Shown one piece after another: positions 44,954 through 52,018 of a stretch of DNA of 52,018 nt; the first letter of the stretch is position 1, and each line of letters opens with the position of its first letter. The notes under the pieces were generated by a model, which was not told the origin of the DNA, did no database searches, and saw only the letters and a list, made by a program, of their open reading frames with translations. Made by a program: the position numbers and the translations under genes. Origin of the DNA: Macrostomum lignano (taxonomy: Eukaryota); assembly GCA_002269645.1 (NCBI GenBank), contig NIVC01004277.1:1-52018 (forward strand), read 5' to 3'.

Positions 44954-47900
44954 TCAATCTTCGGCCTCAGACTCGGCCGGGTTGCCGTGCAGAAACGGGC
45001 AGGTGTCACCTTTGAAGCACTCGCCAGCCGACCAGAACTTGCAGATGACCCGGTTGAGGTCGTGCGCGAACTCGCAGTCCTCCTTCTTGCAGCGGCCTCG
45101 CAGTAGAAACGAACAGGCCCGCTTAGACTTCTCAAGCGGCGTCATCGGCTGCCGGCGAACCGGAGTTGGAGAAGTCTGCTGCTGCTGCTGCTTCTGATCC
45201 GGCTTGGGCGGCACCGGCTTCCGAGACCACATCTGGCAGCGAAGGCGGTCCAGCTGGGTCCACTGAGCCATGCGGCCCAGCAACTCGTTGGCAGGCAGGG
45301 CGACTATGCCGGTTGCCATGGCAACTGTTGGTGGCTTAGCAACGGAGACACTAGACGACGCGGAGACGGAGGCTGCGACAGATGCAGCAGCAGTGGAGCT
45401 GACCGAGCCCTGATCGCTGGGGGCGTCCGCTGCAATGTCGTCAATGTCGAGCAGCGCCTGCGGCAGCAATTCCTCCTCTTGGCTGGGCAGGTTGTCGAAA
45501 TCGTGATCGCTGAGCAGCTGCAGATGGGGATGGATGGGGCACTGACTGACTGACTGACTGACTGACTGACTGACTGACTGACTGACTGACTGACTGACTG
45601 ACTGACTGACTGACTGACTGACTGACTGACTGACTGACTAACTAACCAACAAGCCAGGTATAGCATACACACCTCAGCCTCATCCTCCATCAAGGACATG
45701 CCAGTGAGCAGTCCGCAGTTGGTATTAACGGCACCAATAATCTGCTCGCTGTCGGGCAAATCCAGCGACAGAGGCTCCGACAACCGATTAAGAAGAAGTC
45801 TGTCGGGATCTGCTTTGCTGCTACTAGAAGCAGGTGCGGCGGCAGCTGCGGAAGCCAATTCGTCTTCAATCTCCCTGTTGAAGCTGTGCAGAATGTGGCT
45901 GACGAGCTGAAGGATCTCAGAGCCTTCGCTAGTGACGCTGACAGCATCGTCTCCGTCTTCATCTTCCTCCTCAGCCTCCACAGCTTCATCCAGTTCCTTC
46001 TCGTCAGCTTCCAACTCCTCTTCCAGCTCCTCATCCCCGAGGTACTCGTCGCCCTCTAGGAAGCCTTCGTCGGTGGTGACGGCCGTCGATGCACAGGAGG
46101 CCACAACGCGGCGTTGTCGGCGATGAAGTCGACGGCCAGGCAGCCGGCTCTGGTGCTGCAGGCTGAGCGGCGGGCCTCTGCAAGTTCAGTTTGAGCAGCG
46201 GGTGAGCAGCACGATTGGGACGGACTTATAAATAGACGACAGTTTAAAGTAGGGATTCATAGAAAGATGCCTTTGTAAGATTCTTAGAAAGATCGTTTCT
46301 TAAAGTAGAGATTCTTAGAAACAGAGCAACTTTTAAAGTAAAGCTTTTTGGCAACAAAGCGACATTTTTAAAGTAGAGATTCTTGGCAACAAAGCGACAT
46401 TCATGAAGTAGAGATTCTCGGAAACAAAGCGACATTCATGAAGTAGAGATTCTTGGAAACAAAGCGACATTCATGAAGTAGAGATTCTTGGAAACAAAGC
46501 GACATTCATGAAGTAGAGATTCTTGGAAACAAAGCGACATTCATTAAGTATTGATTCTTGGAAACAAAGCGACATTCATTAAGTATTGATTCTTGGAAAC
46601 AAAGCGACATTCATAAAGTAGAGATTCTTGGAAACAAAGCGACATTCATAAAGTAGAGATTCTTGGAAACAAAGCGACATTCATGAAGTAGAGATTCTTG
46701 GAAACAAAGCGACATTCGTGAAAAGTCTGTAGCTGGTTTCTTACAAAAATGTAGCGATACTTAGAAAAAACTACAGTTTAACAGTTTAATCATCCATATG
46801 TTACCTCCCCAGCCATACCTAGCCCAAGCTGAGCCGGCATATCTGCCGGAGCCGTCGATCGGTTTATTCGCAACTCTACTAGCAGAGCCTCCAGCGGCCT
46901 CGAAACAGCCGTCGCGCCTCAGCGCTTCGGCCAGGGCGGGAAAGGCGCAGACATAGTCCTCGGTGGCGGCGGCGGCTGGAGCGGCAAGCTCCTCAGGCGT
47001 GCTGGCCTGGCCCGAGTCCGTCACATCGATATTCGCTCCACTGTCCTCGTCGGCAGTGCCAGCAGCAGCAGCAACAACAACTGTAGGCGAAATTCCATCA
47101 ACAATGTCTTCGACTTGATTGGTTGCGCTGGCTTTGACCCGGAATCGGAACTCGCCGCCAGCGCCGGGACTGCCGACCTCTTCTTCGGCTAGCTGAGGCA
47201 GCCGCTTGGGGTTTGGCTGCAGAGCTGCGCCGCCTGTGGCAGCGTTGAGCCGCCTTAGGCGGTAGCAGAGCTCGTCTGTAGTGGGCGAACAGAGACGGAA
47301 TTTTAAAGGACTTCTTGAACTTTTATTAAAAGAATTCTTGAACTTCTATTTAAGGACTTCTTGAACTTTTATTAAAGGACTTTGTGAACTTTTATTAAAA
47401 GAATTCTTGAACTTCTATTTAAGGACTTCTTGAATTTTTATTAAATGACTTTGTGAACTTTTATTAAAAGACTTCTTGAACTTTTATTTAAGGACTTCTT
47501 GAACTTTTATTAAAGGACTTTTTGAACTTTTATTAAAGAACTTTTTTGAACTTTACTAAAGGACTTCTTGAACTTCTATTAAGGGACTTCTTGTCCTTTT
47601 ATTAAAAGACTTCTTGTCCTTTTATTAAAAGACTTCTTGTCCTTTTATTAAAGAACTTTTTTTGAACTTTACTAAAGGACTTCTTGAACTTTTATTAAAA
47701 GACTTCTTGAACTTTTAGAATGGCATTTATAAAAACTCTGTTTAGACTACTTGAGTTAGTAGGGTGTTAAGCGCTAACACAAAAACTTTTGGACGACTCT
47801 TTTACAATTCTGAAACTCGTTGAGTTGTTAAAAAGTCGCAAGAGTCGCTGGAATCACTGGTGAGTTGTTTGCAATGACTCTAGCGGTTCTTGTTATGGAA

Positions 47901-50528
47901 ACGTTGTCAACGGGCACCGTTATTTTGTCCAATAAAGACTACCTCCTATCACTTCAACACAGCCTTACCAATCAACTCGTCCAATTCGTAGGGGTCATTG
48001 CAAGCCGACTGCAGGCATTGCACCGCCTCGGCCCGCTTCCTGCTGCTCACGCCGCTGGCCAGCCCGATGGCAGCTTCGCTTGAGGAGTCGGAGAGCAGAG
48101 TGGCTTGCTGCTGCTGCTGCTGCTGCTGCCTCCTGCGCCTCGACTTTCGACCAGGCCGTTTGACTCCGGCGGCAGAGTCCGACTCCTGATCGGAGACTTC
48201 GCTTCTGCGCGAGTTTGCCGGGTTTGAAAATCAATGAGTTGCTATATAATATTTATGCCTGTTTATTAACATTAATTATTTACTATTACAAAGACGGTTG
48301 CATTTACCAAAACTATTATTAAGTAAAACTGCCATAGACATGCTATATAGCTGCGTATCGTATACTCGTACTCGATTCTATTATATAGCAAATGGATTAG
48401 CAATCCTTTAGAATCCTTCATCTAGCAGATATTGGTAGATTAGCAATCCTTTAGAATCCTTCATCTAGCAGATAGACTAGCAATCCGTTATAATCCTTCA
48501 TCTAGCAGATAGACTAGCAATCTGTTATAATCCTTTATCTAGCAGATAGACTAGCAATCCTTTATAATCCTTCATCTAGCAGATAGACTAGCAATCCGTT
48601 ATAATCCTTTATCTAGCAGATAGACTAGCAATCCGTTATAATCCTTCATCTAGCAGATAGACTAGCAATCCGTTATAATCCTTTATCTAGCAGATAGATT
48701 AGCAATCCGTTATAATCCTTTATCTAGCAGATAGATTAGCAATCCGTTATAATCCTTTATCTAGCAGATAGATTAGCAATCCTTTATAATCCTTCATCTA
48801 GCAGATAGATTAGCAATCCGTTATAATCCTTTATCTAGCAGATAGACTAGCAATCCGTTATAATCCTTTATCTAGCAGATAGATTAGCAATCCGTTATAA
48901 TCCTTTATCTAGCAGATAGATTAGCAATCCTTTATAATCCTTCATCTAGCAGATAGATTAGCAATCCGTTATAATCCTTTATCTAGCAGATAGACTAGCA
49001 ATCCGTTATAATCCTTTATCTGGCAGATAGATTAGCAATCCGTTATAATCCTTTATCTAGAAGATAGATTAGCAATCCGCTATAATCATTTATCTAGTAG
49101 ATAGATTAGCAATCCATTGTGATCATTTCTTTTAGTTTATACTCGTATAATAAAAGTTTGAGATCACCTAGAAAGAGTTACTAAATATTTATTCCGACTA
49201 AGGCATTATTGCATTAAATTTGCATGGATGCACGAAGCCTAAGGCTACTTAAAAGGCAGCAAAAAGATAAGATAAAGATATCTTGGGTATAATATTTATA
49301 ATTCATTCCGACTGCGTACTTTAAAGGTACACGTCCAATGTACATTAGAGAAACTTATCCATGTGCCAGACCCTAAAATCAGCATGTCTGGCACAGCTCT
49401 ACATTATATAATAGAGTTCTGCTTATCCATGGCAGCGTAGACTATCCTAGCTAGTAACAAAAATTTAACTTTTAAGATAAGTGATCTGATACTAACTGCC
49501 AAGTGAAAGGTAAATCTTATAATGCAAAATTATGAGGATTTCTAATTTTAAACTTGACATGGTTGCTATTTTAATTAAGTTTAGCACAGCCTAAAAATAG
49601 TACGGTATCAAATACAGAACTGGAGGTCTTGGAATAAGGATCTGGGAGGCTGGCCCAGCAACTGAGGATCTGGGAGGCTGGCCCAGTAACTGAGGATCTG
49701 GGAGGCTGGCCCAGCAGCTGAGGATCTGGGAGGCTGGCCCAGCAGCTGAGGATCTGGGGGGCTGGCCCAGCAGCTGAGGATCTGGGAGGCTGGCCCAGCA
49801 GCTGAGGATCTGGGAGGCTGGCCCAGAAACTGAGGATCTGGGAGGCTGGCCCAGCAGCTGAGGATCTGGGAGGCTGGCCCAGCAGCTGAGGATCTGGGAG
49901 GCTGGCCCAGCAGCTGAGGATCTGGGGGGCTGGCCTAGCAGCTGAGGATCTGGGAGGCTGGCCCAGTAACTGAGGATCTGGGAGGCTGGCAACTGAGGAT
50001 CTGGGAGGCTGGCAACTGAGGATGTGGGAGGCTAGCTGCATAGCAACTGAGGATGTGGGAGGCTAGCTGCATAGCAACTGAGGATGTGGGAGGCTGGCTG
50101 CATAGCAACTGAGGATGTGGGAGGCTGGCTGCATAGCAACTGAGGATGTGGGAGGCTGGCTGCATAGCAACTGAGGATGTGGGAGGCTGGCTGCATAGCA
50201 ACTGAGGATGTGGGAGGCTGGCTGCATAGCAACTGAGGATGTGGGAGGCTGGCTGCATAGCAACTGAGGATGTGGGAGGCTGGCCACCCAAAAGACATGA
50301 CAAGAAGCGCACGCAGAATGAAGCAATTCCCTCCGCAACTTACCGTTCAAACTCGGCATCGTCCAGCTGCAGCAGCGAGATGAGGTACCGAGAGTACACA
50401 GCCGGATCAATGCCCCGCATATCCAACTGAGCTTCAAGCCAGCCAAACAGCCGCTGAGTTGAGGGGCCGGGAAGCCGACGACTGTGCAGAGCGGAGCCAT
50501 AGCGCACGATGGCTGTGCCCCTGCCCAT
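44954..50528 (-). CDS. Tandem CCCH zinc-finger protein with CCDC43/PWI-like N-terminus; exons 50528-50344, 48204-47969, 47275-46819, 46177-45673, 45517-44954; ~648 aa (start codon uncertain)
   Basis: Hand-spliced GT-AG introns with matching phases (2,1,2,0) give 1947 nt without stops. The C-terminus has C-x7-C-x4-C-x3-H plus C-x7-C-x5-C-x3-H. The N-terminus reads WLEAQLDMRGIDPAVYSRYLISLLQ ... AVQCLQSA ... DELIDELC. Confidence 0.8.
45541..45638. repeat. (ACTG)n microsatellite filling intron 4 of the CCCH gene
   Basis: About 24 pure units. Confidence 0.97.
46240..46720. repeat. 35-bp minisatellite (GAAGTAGAGATTCTTGGAAACAAAGCGACATTCAT) in intron 3
   Basis: About 10 good units from ~46365, with degenerate units before. 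Confidence 0.92.
47307..47717. repeat. ~23-bp minisatellite (AAGGACTTCTTGAACTTTTATTA) in intron 2
   Basis: Direct reading, ~18 variable units. Confidence 0.9.
48395..49115. repeat. 37-bp minisatellite (TCTAGCAGATAGATTAGCAATCCGTTATAATCCTTTA) in intron 1
   Basis: Direct reading, ~19 units. Confidence 0.95.
49637..50285. repeat. Composite minisatellite in intron 1: 28-bp units, then 23-bp units, then 31-bp units
   Basis: All units share the core GAGGATsTGGGAGGCTGGC. Confidence 0.93.
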
Positions 50529-52018
50529 CCTGCCTGCCAGCTTGCACTCCAATTGCTGCGTGCTTGCCTTATGAGAAATAGTATTGACCGTTGCTAGTAG
50601 GCCGACTCAATAGTCTTATTATGATCAGTCAGTTATTATAGAGAAAAACTATCGTAATAAACTTGTTAAGTTAGATTGGAATTAGGAAGAATTTACTAAG
50701 CTATAAAAGTAAATCAGATGAAAAATGAAACAATGATGAAGATTTATAAAATGATAGATGAAAAAAGTTGACGAATTTGATATGATAAAACAGACAGACA
50801 GACAGGCAGACAGACAGACAGGCACACAATTTGTAATTGTTCTTTTAGATGTCAATTTCAGCCAATAGGAGCGCCCCGCCTGCTAGCACAGCAGGACTGC
50901 CGCAAATAACATTTATTGCCTCATTGCAGTGTTGTCAGCGCCAAGCTGGGGTGGCCAGAGTAACCCTGATCAGGTTTGCAATGAATGATCTGCAAGTTGT
51001 AAACAGCAATTTTAACCCTGATTAACTTGAATAATGCAATAAAATGTATAATTAAGACAATGGTTTAAATATCATTAGAATCTAAAAAATAAAAATATGT
51101 ATCATTCATAGCGAACTCAAGTGTGCATTTCGTGCTTAGAGATTGGCATCTTTAAATTTGACCCAAGATTCTCACAATGTCACTATGATTCTCATGCTAA
51201 AAATCCCAGATCTTAGGTTAATAAAAGTTGAACCAAATAAATTGGCCAGAAAAACAGTCAATACTTAATCAAACTTAGTACTGCCTTTTCTGCTAAAGGT
51301 CTCTATTTATGGGATTCATCGAATAGAACAACAGGTAATAATTCATTGAGTCTAAAGTTGATGGTCAAATAAGAGAGGTCTACTATTAGATACCAATAAT
51401 TTTATCTTAAATGGTCTACTATTAGATACCAATAATTTTATCTTAAATGCATTTAAATGAATTTGAATACAGGTTTGTGGTAACTCATTGATTACAATTA
51501 CTGCAAAGGATATTCAAATTGCAAGCCTTTTGTTTTTGAGATTCCTGTTTTTTAGTTTGCTGATATTAATCTATTGCTAGATAAAGCGTAAGTGTAAGTA
51601 TATTAGTCAGAACTCAGAAGGCCTACATGGCCAACAAAAGGTTGTGCATACCCCCAAAATCAGTCTAAGTTTCAACACAACACAAGTCATAAAATAATAG
51701 AATTGATAGCTTGTAATTTGTTTTTCTAATTCTAAAGTTATAGAACTTCATATATATTATTTAAATAGAAAGGTGCAAATTGACTATAACTATAGCATCT
51801 TAACAGTAGAACTACCAAGAGGGGGGAAAAATTTCCCCCCCTGACAATTTTTTTTGCTGCGCCGGAACAGAGCAATGCAGGCACACGAAATTTAGAACAT
51901 AGGCTAACTTTTTGTTGCACACCTTCTCAAACAAGAATCAAGTTTGCCAGCCCTCTGGACTGTCGAGATATTTGACAATTTCTGCCAGTAAGGTCAGATT
52001 TTTCCCATAAGCGCTAGT

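Noticed and set aside
50469-50500. Alternative start of the CCCH gene at ATG 50500 (MAPLCTVVGF) via a missing base in the run at 50469-50471
   Set aside because: Plausible given the other homopolymer losses, but the in-frame ATG at 50528 needs no correction. Undecidable without reads.
51378-51450. ~36-bp tandem duplication (GGTCTACTATTAGATACCAATAATTTTATCTTAAAT x2)
   Set aside because: An isolated two-copy duplication, ordinary in this repeat-rich context.

Overview
Eukaryotic (animal) genomic DNA with GT-AG introns, GC-rich exons, AT-rich flanks and very dense micro/minisatellites. The style suggests a free-living flatworm such as Macrostomum (inference only). All seven protein-coding units lie on the minus strand. 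(1-2) Two tandem intronless copine genes share a near-identical 991-bp tract, have different Gly/Pro/Tyr tails, and are broken only by 1-bp homopolymer deletions that are probably consensus errors. (3) A three-exon insulin-like peptide gene (12565-13115), not recoverable from the ORF track, has an unusual 8-Cys layout. (4) A complete Na+/K+-ATPase alpha-subunit gene. (5) A neuropeptide precursor predicted to release ten -SRL-amide peptides. (6) A full-length intact RTE-type non-LTR retrotransposon with TSD, tandem tail and a hairpin-only 5' UTR. (7) A five-exon gene joining a CCDC43/PWI-like N-terminus to tandem CCCH fingers, with a different tandem array in every intron. The window also holds two MITE families, a 1.3-kb (TATC)n array and a CpG-depleted, CTAG-rich segment. 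No rRNA, tRNA or CRISPR array was seen.
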